Assembly (NCBI RefSeq): GCF_913777615.1
Contig: NZ_CAJYTK010000018.1
DNA: 64,000 nt
Strand: one strand, 5' to 3'
Source of the DNA: an uncultured Agrobacterium sp.
GTDB lineage: Bacteria > Pseudomonadota > Alphaproteobacteria > Rhizobiales > Rhizobiaceae
Shown here: in pieces, positions 38,977 through 49,172 of the stretch
Layout: the number at the start of each line of letters is the position of its first letter
Numbering within the stretch: position 1 is the first letter of the stretch
The notes under the pieces: model-generated
Told to the model about the DNA's origin: nothing
The model's input: the letters and a program-made list of their open reading frames with translations, nothing else
Database searches by the model: none
Position numbers and translations under genes: made by a program

Positions 38977-39489
38977 TTAGAGGCGGTAAGCGATAGAGTC
39001 ATTCCAGAAGCGATCCAGGCGCTGCAGCAGTTTGTTCATTTCGGCAAATTCGCCGGTGCCGATGCCGCCGACCTTTTCGATCGAGCCGATGTGGCGCTCA
39101 TAGAGACGAGCAACCGTTTCGGCGATGTCCTGGCCCTTGTCGGTGAGCGAAATGCGAACGGAGCGGCGGTCGATGCGCGAGCGCTGGTGGTTGATGAAGC
39201 CGAGGTCGACCAGCTTCTTGACGTTGTAGGAAACATTCGAGCCGAGATAGTAACCACGCGAACGAAGCTCGCCGGCGGTCAGTTCGGAGGTGCCGATGTT
39301 GAAGAGGAGCAGCGCCTGAACGGCGTTGACGTCATCACGGCCCTGACGGTCGAACTCGTCCTTGATGACATCGAGAAGGCGGCGGTGCAGGCGTTCGACC
39401 AGGTGGAGAGACTCCATGTAGAGCGAACGGATGGCTTCTTCCTGTACGTCGGTTACAACTGCCTGTGGCTTTGCTTTGCTATTGATCAT
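38977..39489 (-). CDS. ldtR: MarR-family regulator LdtR
   Basis: ERLHRRLLDVIKDEF, RGYYLGSNVSYNVKKL, RSRIDRRSVRISLT; immediately upstream of the L,D-transpeptidase, the known ldtR-ldtP arrangement. Confidence 0.88.
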   Translation of the reverse strand: MINSKAKPQAVVTDVQEEAIRSLYMESLHLVERLHRRLLDVIKDEFDRQGRDDVNAVQALLLFNIGTSELTAGELRSRGYYLGSNVSYNVKKLVDLGFINHQRSRIDRRSVRISLTDKGQDIAETVARLYERHIGSIEKVGGIGTGEFAEMNKLLQRLDRFWNDSIAYRL

Positions 39490-39584
39490 GACTGCCTCAC
39501 TGTTTGTTTGGCGGTGTTGATTTTGTTTCCCGCCTTGAGGACAAACCTAAGCAATGCGCATAAAATTCTACTTAAAATGCATCA

Positions 39585-39599
39585 TTAACGAGTGGTTAC
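39585..39599. promoter_or_regulatory. Near-consensus CtrA box upstream of ldtR
   Basis: TTAA-CGAGTGG-TTAC (7 of 8 positions of TTAA-N7-TTAA), about 95 nt upstream of ldtR. Confidence 0.4.
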
Positions 39600-39718
39600 C
39601 GCACACCAGCGCCTGGAAGCCAATGCACCAGAGGAATAGAGATCGATTTGCGACGTCCAACAAATTCAATCACTTGCGCCGATAAAAACGTGAAAATCGC
39701 GCCGAAACAGCTTTATTA

Positions 39719-40156
39719 TTATGGTGAATCAATTCTTGCGCGCTCGTCATTTTGACGCGCATCCAGCCAGAAAGCGATCTGAAATAGTATATAAATGGTT
39801 GCTACAACACAGTGCATGACGGGAACCAGAGTGTTGCTGCCGAAGATGTTGGGCCAGACCTTATACATAGCGATCTGCGCACCGGCGCCGATAACCCAGA
39901 TGACCGCACCCCAGGACACACCGAGCCAAAGACCAAGCGCTGCAACAGGAAAGACGACGGCGAGGCCCGTGCCTGCGACACGCCAGGGCAGATTGAGCAT
40001 GTCGAAACGGGCATGACCGCTTAGCGAATAGCCGGTCAGCATTGCCCAGTACTGCAGCCCGAACCAGAAACACGAGGCCGCCACCAGTCTGAGAAAGACG
40101 AGATAGAGGATTTCGGTCAGCGGCATTTTAGGCGAGGTTGGAGAATCAGGTTCCAT
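39719..40156 (-). CDS. Conserved membrane protein (DUF6163-like)
   Basis: Four hydrophobic segments (FLRLVAASCFWFGLQYW, FPVAALGLW...WGAVIW); typical position between hemB and ldtR; start ATG 40156. Confidence 0.75.
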   Translation of the reverse strand: MEPDSPTSPKMPLTEILYLVFLRLVAASCFWFGLQYWAMLTGYSLSGHARFDMLNLPWRVAGTGLAVVFPVAALGLWLGVSWGAVIWVIGAGAQIAMYKVWPNIFGSNTLVPVMHCVVATIYILFQIAFWLDARQNDERARIDSP

Positions 40157-40489
40157 GCGGCGAAGATACGTTTGCCGGGCCCAGTCTGCCAATCGATAAA
40201 TGCGCAAGGCCACAGCCCTCTTCAGCGAGGGGGAGTTCAACCTTTTTTGCGCCGCCGCAATGCCTGGACATGAAACGTCATCGCGATAGAGCAGCGCCCA
40301 GTATTTTCGGCCACACTGTGGGTCACAGCGTCGCATTCGCATCCTGTTTCCCTTATGGTATGCCCTAAGCACATTCTGGCGTTCGATCACAGCAGGCTAG
40401 ACGCCTGGCTTCAACCATTCAGACGCAAACACCATGAGAGAGCCGGGTCGGTGGACTTTGTACGCCGGACAGACTCCAAAGGAAAAGAC

Positions 40490-41503
40490 ATGACCGACAA
40501 AACCCATTTGGTAGATCACATCACCGGCCACCGCCGCATGCGCCGCATCCGCAAGGCGGACTGGACGCGCAGGCTCGTTCGCGAGAACCAGTTGACGGCG
40601 GACGATCTGATCTGGCCGGTCTTCGTGGTTCCCGGCACGAATATCATCGATCCCATTCCAGCCATGCCGGGCGTCAATCGCATGAGCGTCGATAAACTCG
40701 TGGAGGCGGTGAAGGAAGCAGCCGATCTCGGGATTCCCGCCATAGCGACTTTCCCCAATATCGAAATGGACCTTCGCGACGAAACAGGCTCGCAGGTGCT
40801 GGAAGCCAATAACCTGATCAACCAGGCAACGGCTGCAATCAAGAAGGCGGTTCCCAATATAGGCGTTATTACCGATGTGGCGCTCGATCCCTTTACCAGT
40901 CACGGCCATGACGGAATTTTGCGCGGTGACGATATTGTCAACGATGAGACCGTCGATCAGGTGGTGAGAGCGGCCATCATGCAGGCGGATGCGGGGGCGG
41001 ATATCATCGCACCCTCGGAGATGATGGACGGGCGCATCGGTGCCATTCGTCGTGGGCTGGATGCGGCGGGCCACCAGAGTGTCGGCATCATGTCCTATGC
41101 GACGAAATTCTCTTCCGGATTTTATGGTCCCTATCGCGAGGCTATCTCCACGAGCGGCCTGCTGAAGGGCGACAAGAACAGTTATTATATCAGCCCGGCC
41201 AATGGCACCGAAGCGATGCGCGACGCGGCGCTTGACGTTGAAGAAGGCGCAGACATGCTCATGGTAAAGCCCGGTCTTCCCTACCTCGACATCTGCTGGC
41301 GCCTCAAAGAAGCGTTCGGCCTCCCGACCTTCGCCTATCAGGTGTCAGGAGAATATTCGCAGGTGAAGGCAGCGGCGATGAATGGCTGGATCGACGGCGA
41401 CCGGGTGATGATGGAAACGCTGCTCTGCTTCAAGCGCGCCGGATGCGATGGGATTCTCACCTACTTCGCCGTCGACGTGGCGAAGAAGCTCGCAAAAGGC
41501 TGA
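40490..41503 (+). CDS. hemB: Porphobilinogen synthase (ALA dehydratase), Asp-rich Mg-type
   Basis: RRMRRIR, DVALDPFTSHGHDG (no Zn-binding Cys), APSEMMDG, MVKPG, AYQVSGEY; start ATG 40490. Confidence 0.96.
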   Translation: MTDKTHLVDHITGHRRMRRIRKADWTRRLVRENQLTADDLIWPVFVVPGTNIIDPIPAMPGVNRMSVDKLVEAVKEAADLGIPAIATFPNIEMDLRDETGSQVLEANNLINQATAAIKKAVPNIGVITDVALDPFTSHGHDGILRGDDIVNDETVDQVVRAAIMQADAGADIIAPSEMMDGRIGAIRRGLDAAGHQSVGIMSYATKFSSGFYGPYREAISTSGLLKGDKNSYYISPANGTEAMRDAALDVEEGADMLMVKPGLPYLDICWRLKEAFGLPTFAYQVSGEYSQVKAAAMNGWIDGDRVMMETLLCFKRAGCDGILTYFAVDVAKKLAKG

Positions 41504-41567
41504 AGGGCGAGCTCATTGTATTTGCGGTGGTCCAACCCATATCTTTGTTGAAAAGGAGAAACCGCCC

Positions 41568-42026
41568 ATGAGCTTCAACCCGAACCCGACATATGTGCCG
41601 ACAGAGGACTGGCGCGCCTATAGCGGCGTCCTGAGCCGCCGAGTCGTTGCATTCATCATCGACTACATGATGGTGCTCCTTCTGTGCATTCCGGCAGCGG
41701 TGATCGTGTTCTTTCTGGGTGTCATTACACTTGGCTTAGTCTGGATGCTCTTTCCGGCGTTGTTCTTTATCGTGGCGATCCTGTATTTCGGGATGACGCT
41801 TGGCAGTTCGGCGCAGGCCACGCCTGGTATGCGGATGGCAGGTATTCAGATGGCGCGGCTTGACGGCGGCCGGATCGACTTCCTGATTTCGACCGCGCAT
41901 ATTGTTCTCTTCTGGGTGATCAATTCGATTCTGACGCCGTTCATCCTTCTCGCAGGCCTCTTCACCGAGCGATCCAGACTGGTTCACGACTTTCTTCTCG
42001 GAACGGTTACGGTCAGAACACGATGA
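41568..42026 (+). CDS. RDD family membrane protein
   Basis: RRVVAFIIDY, QATPGMRMAGI, LVHDFLLGT; RBS AAGGAG before ATG 41568. Confidence 0.88.
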   Translation: MSFNPNPTYVPTEDWRAYSGVLSRRVVAFIIDYMMVLLLCIPAAVIVFFLGVITLGLVWMLFPALFFIVAILYFGMTLGSSAQATPGMRMAGIQMARLDGGRIDFLISTAHIVLFWVINSILTPFILLAGLFTERSRLVHDFLLGTVTVRTR

Positions 42027-42150
42027 CGATATGCTGAGGCCGCTTCGGCGGCTTCAATTTTATTGACAGATCTCTTCGAGAGTTGACGTTTTCCGCCTTT
42101 TTGTCATTCTGACCGAGAAGGCTGATTTGCGAAGGGAGCGATTGGGTTCG

Positions 42151-42909
42151 ATGAACACGCAGACGACGCCTTCGCCGCAATTTTACCTCACCGCACCGGC
42201 GACCTGCCCCTATCTTCCGAACCAGTTGGAGCGGAAGGTTTTCACACATCTGGTGGGTCCACGTGCGCCGGAAATGAACGATCTCTTGACCCAGGGCGGC
42301 TTCCGTCGTTCCCAAAACATCGCCTACCGCCCGGCCTGCGAGAATTGTCGCGCCTGTGTGTCCGTCAGGATCCTGGCCGATGGGTTCACGCCGACGAAGT
42401 CGATGCGGCGTGTATTGTCGATCAATAGTGATCTCGTGGCGACGGTCCACCGGGCTGAACCTTCCACCGAGCAATTCTCGCTCTTTCGCCGCTACCTCGA
42501 TCATCGTCATACATCAGGAGGCATGTCGGATATGTCGGCACTCGATTACGCGGTGATGGTGGAAGACACCCACGTCAATACGCGCATCATCGAGTACCGA
42601 AAGCGAGAGCCGGGCGCGGGTATCGACGACAGCAAGCGCGGAGAACTGATCGCTGTCGCTCTTACCGACCTGATGGGCGATGGCCTCTCCATGGTCTATT
42701 CCTTCTTCAATCCGGAACTTGAGAAACGCTCGCTCGGCACCTTCATGATTCTGGATCACATTGCCCGCACCCGCACGCTTGGCCTGCCCCATGTGTACTT
42801 GGGCTATTGGGTCGATGGCTCGGACAAGATGGGATATAAGACACGCTACCATCCCCAAGAGCATCTAACGCCGCGCGGCTGGGAATTATACACGCCAGAA
42901 ACCGTTTGA
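42151..42909 (+). CDS. bpt: Aspartate/glutamate leucyltransferase (Ate/Bpt family, N-degron pathway)
   Basis: [58 protein letters not shown]. Confidence 0.92.
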   Translation: MNTQTTPSPQFYLTAPATCPYLPNQLERKVFTHLVGPRAPEMNDLLTQGGFRRSQNIAYRPACENCRACVSVRILADGFTPTKSMRRVLSINSDLVATVHRAEPSTEQFSLFRRYLDHRHTSGGMSDMSALDYAVMVEDTHVNTRIIEYRKREPGAGIDDSKRGELIAVALTDLMGDGLSMVYSFFNPELEKRSLGTFMILDHIARTRTLGLPHVYLGYWVDGSDKMGYKTRYHPQEHLTPRGWELYTPETV

Positions 42910-42937
42910 CCCTGCAATGCCACGTCTGTCACACCAT

Positions 42938-42956
42938 GTTATAACAACGTTATAAC
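42938..42956. promoter_or_regulatory. Tandem palindromic operator of the TA module
   Basis: GTTATAAC (self-complementary) at 42938-42945 and again at 42949-42956, directly before the antitoxin gene. Confidence 0.65.
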
Positions 42957-42959
42957 GGA

Positions 42960-43190
42960 GTGTTCGAGATAAATGTGACGGTTCGCAAGATTGGCAATTC
43001 GGAAGGGATCATCATCCCGAAAGAGGTTCTGGAAAGCCTTGGAGTAAAGGCTGGCGATGCTATAAGCCTCGAAAGAAAAGAAGGTGAATGGCACATCCGG
43101 CCAGCAGATGAGGCCTTTACGCGGCAGTTAGAGCACGCGCGGATCTTCATGGACAAATATAAGGTCGCTTTGAAGAAGCTGGCAGAATGA
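42960..43190 (+). CDS. AbrB/MazE-type antitoxin
   Basis: VRKIGNSEGIIIPKE swapped-hairpin motif and the C-terminal FMDKYKVALKKLAE typical of Doc partners. The start is uncertain (GTG 42960; ATA at the RBS-optimal position 42969). Confidence 0.85.
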   Translation: MFEINVTVRKIGNSEGIIIPKEVLESLGVKAGDAISLERKEGEWHIRPADEAFTRQLEHARIFMDKYKVALKKLAE

Positions 43191-43580
43191 CGGATTTCGT
43201 TTTTCTCGACGGCAAACTTGTTGCAACTGCACCACATGCAAATTGAGCACTTTGGCGGAAGCCACGGGCTTAGGAACGGTGCATTGCTCGATTCTGCGCT
43301 CAATAGGCCTATCAACGAAGCTGGCTACGGATGCAACGATGTCTGCGAACTCGCGGCAGCCTATCTATTGGGCCTTGCGAGGAACCACCCTTTTGTTGAT
43401 GGCAATAAGAGAATCGCGATCGTGACGACCGGCGTTTTCTTGATGGACAACGGCTTCATGTTGGAAACGGATGACGCCAAGCTTTACGCGTTTGTCATGG
43501 CTGTGGCGGCAGGCGAAATTGACGAAGAGGGGATAACCCGCTTCCTAAAAGACCACGTTACCCCACTGACAAGCATCTGA
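43187..43580 (+). pseudogene. doc: Doc/Fic-family toxin with apparent frameshift near codon 12
   Basis: ATG 43187 (ATGA-coupled) gives MTDFVFLDGKLV, then stops at 43244-43246. The Doc body (LHHMQIEHFGG...HPFVDGNKR) is in the +1 frame from 43218. Confidence 0.65.
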
Positions 43581-43590
43581 TGACCTGCGC

Positions 43591-43621
43591 CGTCGCAAAA
43601 CCGCTATACGGTTTTGCGACG
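43591..43621. terminator. Bidirectional hairpin between doc and parC
   Basis: CGTCGCAAAACCG-CTATA-CGGTTTTGCGACG perfect 13-bp stem. Confidence 0.7.
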
Positions 43622-43625
43622 TCCT

Positions 43626-45881
43626 TTAGCCGCCGAACTTCCCACTGCGCGGAAAGCCCTTCGGAACGCTGCGGCCGACACCGGCGCGATCACCCATCCA
43701 TTCAAGCAGCTCGTCCCCGACCTTGGAGAAGGAGCGACCGGCGCTGTCTTCCCAAGACAGACCGGTGGCGATCGTGAAGCACTTCACATCCGAGACGCCG
43801 CCATCCTTGTAACGCTGCAGGCGGACACCCTTGCCGCGCGACATTTCCGGCACTTGCGACAATGGGAAGGTCAGCATCTTGCGGTTCTCGCCGACGACAG
43901 CGACGTGATCGCCGATGACGGGCACCACCAGCTTCGTTTCATCCGGCATAGAAACGTTCATGATCTGCTTGCCCTTGCGGGTGTTGGCGACCATTTCCGT
44001 TTCCGGGATGACAAAGCCATTGCCGCCGGTCGAGACGATCAGCAGCTTGCGGGAAGCATCGTGGACGAAGGCGGTCAGGATATCCTGATCATTCTCCATA
44101 TCCACCATGATGCGCACAGGCTCACCATGGCCGCGGCCGCCGGGGAGCTTGTCGGCGCCCAACGTATAGGCCTTGCCGCCCGTGGTTAGGAGCAGCAGCT
44201 TATCGGTCGTCTGCGCCGGGAACGCCAGCTTAGGCCCGTCGCCTTCCTTGAAGGTCAGGCTTGACGTGTCCGACATGTGACCCTTCAACGCTCTGATCCA
44301 GCCCTTCTGCGAGATGACGATCGTGACCGGTTCCTTCTCGATCATCGCTTGCTGAATGGCTTCGATATCGGCGTTCGGGGCATCGGCGAACTGTGTCCGG
44401 CGTCGGCCAAGTTCTGTTGCCTTCGCGTACTTCTTCTTGACCTCGCCGATCTCCCAGGAGACCGCCTGCCACTGCTTCTCATCGGATGCCAGGAGAGACT
44501 CGATCTCGCCCTTCTCCTTGGTGAGTTCGTCGAACTCCGTGCGGATCTCGAATTCTTCCAGCTTGCGCAGAGAGCGAAGGCGCATATTGAGAATGGCTTC
44601 GGCCTGATTATCCGTCAGCCCGAACCGCGCCATCATGACAGGCTTCGGCTCATCCTCTTCGCGGATGATGCGGATGATCTCATCGATATTGAGATAGGCG
44701 ATCAGCAGGCCGCCGAGAATTTCCAGTCGACGGTCGATGGCTGCCAGTCGGAATCTTGAGCGGCGAACAAGCACGTCCTTGCGATGCGCCAGCCACTCGG
44801 TGAGCACCTCGTTCAATGCCATCACCTTCGGCACACGACCAAGCGACAGCACGTTCATATTCAGCGGAATGCGGCTTTCGAGATCGGACAGACGGAACAG
44901 CGATTCCATCAGCAGCGTCGCGTCCACGGTACGGTTCTTTGGCACCAGGACGATACGAACATCTTCGGCGGATTCGTCGCGCACGTCTTCCAGAAGCGGC
45001 AGCTTGCGGGCAAGCAGCAGCTCGGCGATCTTTTCGATCAGGCGCGACTTCTGCACCTGGAACGGAATTTCGGTTACGACGATCTGGTAACCGCCACGCC
45101 CCAGATCTTCCGTTTCCCACTTGGCACGAACGCGGAAACCGCCGCGACCTGTCTTGTAGGCCTCGAGAATGTTTTCGCGGCTTTCGATGATGATGCCGCC
45201 CGTCGGCAGATCGGGACCGGGGATGAATTCCAGCAGCGTCTCGACGCTCGCATCCGGATGCTTGATCAGATGAAGGGCCGCATCACAGATTTCATGGGCA
45301 TTGTGCGGCGGAATGGACGTCGCCATACCCACCGCGATACCGGAGGAACCGTTTGCCAAAAGGTTCGGGAAGGCGCCAGGCATAACGACCGGCTCTTCGT
45401 CTTCCTCGTTATAGGTCGGGCGAAAATCGACTGCGTCTTGCTCGATCCCTTCCAGGAGCAGGGCCGCGACGTCTGTCATCCGCGCTTCGGTGTAACGCAT
45501 GGCAGCCGCGCCATCGCCGTCGATATTGCCGAAGTTCCCCTGGCCATCGACCAGTGGGTAACGAATGGCAAAATCCTGAGACAGCCGCACGAGAGCGTCG
45601 TAGATCGACGCATCGCCATGAGGGTGGAACTTACCCATGACATCGCCGACGATACGAGCGCATTTCTTGAACGCGGAATTGGGACGGATGCCCATTTCGC
45701 TCATGGCATGGACGATGCGTCGATGAACGGGCTTCAAGCCGTCACGAACATCCGGAAGTGCGCGATGCATGATGGTCGATAGCGCATAGGCAAGGTAGCG
45801 CTCTTCGAGCGCCGCCTTCAAATCGACCGGCACAATATGATCGTCATCCCCGCCTGATGGCGGAACAGAATTTTTTCCCAT
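43626..45881 (-). CDS. parC: DNA topoisomerase IV subunit A
   Basis: [35 protein letters not shown] catalytic Tyr, [14 protein letters not shown]; short C-terminal domain without a GyrA box. Confidence 0.97.
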   Translation of the reverse strand: MGKNSVPPSGGDDDHIVPVDLKAALEERYLAYALSTIMHRALPDVRDGLKPVHRRIVHAMSEMGIRPNSAFKKCARIVGDVMGKFHPHGDASIYDALVRLSQDFAIRYPLVDGQGNFGNIDGDGAAAMRYTEARMTDVAALLLEGIEQDAVDFRPTYNEEDEEPVVMPGAFPNLLANGSSGIAVGMATSIPPHNAHEICDAALHLIKHPDASVETLLEFIPGPDLPTGGIIIESRENILEAYKTGRGGFRVRAKWETEDLGRGGYQIVVTEIPFQVQKSRLIEKIAELLLARKLPLLEDVRDESAEDVRIVLVPKNRTVDATLLMESLFRLSDLESRIPLNMNVLSLGRVPKVMALNEVLTEWLAHRKDVLVRRSRFRLAAIDRRLEILGGLLIAYLNIDEIIRIIREEDEPKPVMMARFGLTDNQAEAILNMRLRSLRKLEEFEIRTEFDELTKEKGEIESLLASDEKQWQAVSWEIGEVKKKYAKATELGRRRTQFADAPNADIEAIQQAMIEKEPVTIVISQKGWIRALKGHMSDTSSLTFKEGDGPKLAFPAQTTDKLLLLTTGGKAYTLGADKLPGGRGHGEPVRIMVDMENDQDILTAFVHDASRKLLIVSTGGNGFVIPETEMVANTRKGKQIMNVSMPDETKLVVPVIGDHVAVVGENRKMLTFPLSQVPEMSRGKGVRLQRYKDGGVSDVKCFTIATGLSWEDSAGRSFSKVGDELLEWMGDRAGVGRSVPKGFPRSGKFGG

Positions 45882-46106
45882 GGCGTCTGCCTATCGGAAA
45901 TAGGCGCTCCGGGCAAGAAATCCGGGCTTTCTGCGCTGTGGATGACAGGCGTTAAGCCTATATTTCCATACAATCTTGTTTTTGTGCCGCAATTCAGCCA
46001 TTCGTTGCGCAGTACCACTTCGGTCAATCGCGCTCGTGCTGCAGCTATGGACACGTGGCGTGGCTATTGTTGTTGCGGATGTTCGCACCTTAAGGGAAGA
46101 AACAGA

Positions 46107-47297
46107 ATGAGACTTGAAACGACACGGAATTTTCTGTTTGCCAGCGCGGCCGTACTGGCATTTGCGTCCCCGGCTTTTGCCCTGGACGGCGCCGATGTGC
46201 TGAAGAAAATAAATGCTGCCTATCGCATGCAGGGCGCGGAAATCACCGCCAAGTCCATCGCCACAAACGGTGACAATGTCACACTATCGGGCGTCATCAT
46301 CGGCAACGCCGCAGGCCCGGCGCAGCAGCTTCCGATCGGCAACATCACGCTCGAAGGCGTCGAAGAAAACAATGGCGGTTACACCATTGAGAAGATGGGT
46401 TTCGAGAACGTCAACTATGCCAAAGAAAAGTTAGCGATCACCGTTGACGACATCTACATGACCGGCGTCGTGGCTCCAGCTGAGGCGACGGCAAATACAA
46501 TTGATGGCATGCTGTTTTACGACGAGGCCCATACCGGCCCGGCCTCGATCAAGATCGACGGCAAGGAAGCGTTCTCGATCGCCGAGAGCAATGTTACGCT
46601 GACCAAGAGCGAAGATGGCGGCACGCTCAGCTTCGATCTCACGGCAGAGGGCTTCAAGGGCGATCTGAGCGGCGCCAAGGATCCGAAAACGAAAGAAGCG
46701 ATCGACGCGCTGCAGCTGAACTCGCTCAGTGGCGTTTTTACCATGAGCGGCTCCTGGGAAGTGGCACCCGGAACGATCAATGTCGACCAATATGCCATCG
46801 ACCTCGAGAATGTCGGTCGCCTGGATATGAGCTTCAGCATCTCCGGCTATACGCTGGCTTTCCTCAAGTCGATGCAAGACGCCGTAAACGCGAAAGAGGC
46901 CAACCCCAACAAGGAACAGGCCGATCAGGCTTTCGGTCTTGCAATGCTTGGTCTCATGCAGCAGCTGACATTCAATAATGCCAAGATCAGCTTCGATGAT
47001 GCCGGCATCACCAAGCGCGGCATCGATTACGCCGCCAAGGAGCAGAGCACGACGAGCGAGCAGCTTTCGCAGATGATCAAGGGCATGGCCCCGCTGATGG
47101 TCGCGCAGCTCAACATTCCGGAATTGCAGAATGCAGTTTCTGCAGCCGTGAACACCTATGTCGACGATCCGAAGAACTTCACGATTTCGGCGGCACCGGC
47201 GAAGCCCGTTCCATTCCCGATGATTATGGGTGCGGCGATGGGCGCCCCGAACACCATCCCGAGCGTTCTCGGCGTCACCGTGACAGCCAACGAATAG
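46107..47297 (+). CDS. Conserved exported protein of unknown function
   Basis: Sec signal MRLETTRNFLFASAAVLAFASPAFA|LDG, 396 aa, biased codon usage, own terminator; start moved to ATG 46107. Confidence 0.8.
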   Translation: MRLETTRNFLFASAAVLAFASPAFALDGADVLKKINAAYRMQGAEITAKSIATNGDNVTLSGVIIGNAAGPAQQLPIGNITLEGVEENNGGYTIEKMGFENVNYAKEKLAITVDDIYMTGVVAPAEATANTIDGMLFYDEAHTGPASIKIDGKEAFSIAESNVTLTKSEDGGTLSFDLTAEGFKGDLSGAKDPKTKEAIDALQLNSLSGVFTMSGSWEVAPGTINVDQYAIDLENVGRLDMSFSISGYTLAFLKSMQDAVNAKEANPNKEQADQAFGLAMLGLMQQLTFNNAKISFDDAGITKRGIDYAAKEQSTTSEQLSQMIKGMAPLMVAQLNIPELQNAVSAAVNTYVDDPKNFTISAAPAKPVPFPMIMGAAMGAPNTIPSVLGVTVTANE

Positions 47298-47306
47298 TCT
47301 CTCAAG

Positions 47307-47337
47307 AAAGCCCCGGATTGATCCTCCGGGGCTTTTT
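47307..47337 (+). terminator. Intrinsic terminator
   Basis: AAAGCCCCGGA-N7-TCCGGGGCTTT followed by TT. Confidence 0.8.
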
Positions 47338-47517
47338 CACCAAACGCCGCTGGCAAGCAGGACTTCAGTGAGATGTCTGGCGGTTGGCTCCGCGCATCAA
47401 AACACGGAACGACGCCTGATCTTGCGCGCGCGGGTCGCGCCCTTTAAAACCCTTGAAACTTCTAGACCTCTGTTTAAGGCAGAAGAGGAATGTCCTTTCC
47501 TGCTCTTCCAATATGGA

Positions 47518-48402
47518 ATGACCTTCGTGCAAGACAATATCAGCGGCTCCGTCATCGTCGTTTCCAGCCATGTGATGCGCGGCTCGGTCGGCAATCGAGC
47601 GGCCGTTTTCGGTCTGGAGACGCTTGGTTTTCCTGTCTGGGCCGTTCCCACAATCGTCATGCCATGGCACCCAGGCCAAGGACCGTCCACCCGCCTGCGT
47701 TTTGACGGCGAGGCCTTCGACGCTGCCATGGGCGATCTGGCTGCATCGAAATGGCGCGGCGAAGTCAAGGCGGTTCTGACCGGCTATTTCGGCAGCGCCG
47801 ATCAGGTACGTTCCGTTGCTCGTCTGATCCGAAAATTGAGAGAGAACAATCCCGATCTGATCTATGTCTGCGACCCTGTCATGGGGGATAAGGGCGGGCT
47901 CTATGTTCCTATCGAAACAGCAGAAGCCATCCGCGACGAGCTTGTACCGCTTGCTACCGTTTCCACACCCAATCGCTATGAGCTGGCCTGGATGAGTGGT
48001 GCTGCGCTCGACACCAATACCGAAATCATGGATGCGGCCCTGGCGCTCGGCCCACCCAAAATGCTCGTCACCTCCGCCGTTCCAATGATGGCAAACGGCA
48101 TTGGCAATCTGTTTCTCAGCGGCCGCCATGCGCTGCTTGCCGAACACCGCGCCATCGATAATGTGCCGAACGGACTTGGCGACCTGCTTGCCGCAGTCTT
48201 TCTCGCCCGTATGCTTCAGGGCGTGGATGACGAAAAGGCGTTACAGCTGGCAACCGCTAGTGTCTTCGAAATTCTGGCCCGCACCATGAAGCGTGGCGCC
48301 AACGAGCTGACCCTCGAGACCGACGCATCCAGTCTGTCCACACCCATGGCGATGGTTCAGATGCGCCATCTCTTGCATCCTGCTCGCGGCAAGGGCAAAT
48401 AG
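47518..48402 (+). CDS. pdxY: Pyridoxal kinase
   Basis: SSHVMRGSVGNRAA, VLTGYFGS, YVCDPVMGD, TPNRYEL, PNGLGDL; start about 47518. Confidence 0.9.
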   Translation: MTFVQDNISGSVIVVSSHVMRGSVGNRAAVFGLETLGFPVWAVPTIVMPWHPGQGPSTRLRFDGEAFDAAMGDLAASKWRGEVKAVLTGYFGSADQVRSVARLIRKLRENNPDLIYVCDPVMGDKGGLYVPIETAEAIRDELVPLATVSTPNRYELAWMSGAALDTNTEIMDAALALGPPKMLVTSAVPMMANGIGNLFLSGRHALLAEHRAIDNVPNGLGDLLAAVFLARMLQGVDDEKALQLATASVFEILARTMKRGANELTLETDASSLSTPMAMVQMRHLLHPARGKGK

Positions 48403-48467
48403 CGGACGAATTCATGCGCCTTATGAGAAGGCGTTCCCGGTAGCGAATAACGGCACTGCGAGATCGA

Positions 48468-49109
48468 ATGAAAGATTTTCCAGACTATCTTCTAAACGGC
48501 TACAAGAACTTTATGAGCGGCCGTTACGCCGGTGAACGCGACCGATACCGTGTTCTAGCCGATACGGGACAAAGACCGCAGACCTTGGTCATTGCCTGTT
48601 GCGACTCCCGGTCGGCACCCGAAACGATTTTCGATTGTGGCCCGGGAGAGCTTTTCGTCGTGCGCAATGTGGCCAACATGGTGCCGCCTTTCGAGCCCGA
48701 CGGACAATATCACGCGACCTCGGCAGCCATAGAATATGCCGTTATGGTTCTGAAGGTGAAGGACATCGTTGTTATGGGTCACGGCCGCTGCGGTGGCATT
48801 CAGGCGGCACTTGACCCGAATTTCGAATCCCTCTCGCCAGGTGATTTTATCGGCAAATGGATGAATCTCGTCAAATCCGCTGCGGAGCAGATCCAGAGCA
48901 ATGACGTGATGACGTCTGGCGAACGTCAGACAGCGCTCGAACGCGTCTCCATCAGAAACTCCATCCGCAATCTGCGCGGCTTCCCCTTCCTCAAGGAGCA
49001 GGAAAACGCCGGCAAGGTAAAGCTGCACGGCGCCTGGTTCGATATTTCAACCGGCGAATTGTGGGTAATGGACAGCAAGACCGGCGATTTTCGTCGCCCC
49101 GACGTGTGA
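48468..49109 (+). CDS. Beta-class carbonic anhydrase
   Basis: CCDSR, PGELFVVRNVAN, AIEYAV, GHGRCGG zinc ligands. Confidence 0.94.
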   Translation: MKDFPDYLLNGYKNFMSGRYAGERDRYRVLADTGQRPQTLVIACCDSRSAPETIFDCGPGELFVVRNVANMVPPFEPDGQYHATSAAIEYAVMVLKVKDIVVMGHGRCGGIQAALDPNFESLSPGDFIGKWMNLVKSAAEQIQSNDVMTSGERQTALERVSIRNSIRNLRGFPFLKEQENAGKVKLHGAWFDISTGELWVMDSKTGDFRRPDV

Positions 49110-49129
49110 CCCCCGGCACAAACCGGGGG
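49110..49129. terminator. Hairpin between convergent genes
   Basis: CCCCCGG-CACAAA-CCGGGGG. Confidence 0.55.
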
Positions 49130-49172
49130 GATGCTATCGTGTCAAAAGGTCTTCGAAGGGCCGCGGTGGCGA

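Noticed and set aside
42118-42150. GCTGATTTG resembling the start of a SAM-II riboswitch before bpt
   Set aside because: Too close to the ATG, and the pseudoknot partner and A-rich tail are missing.
43187-45881. Idea that the Fic/Doc toxin targets adjacent ParC
   Set aside because: The motif is Doc-type GNKR (EF-Tu kinase class) rather than AMPylating GNGR; FicT targets are GyrB/ParE; adjacency is convergent and probably incidental.
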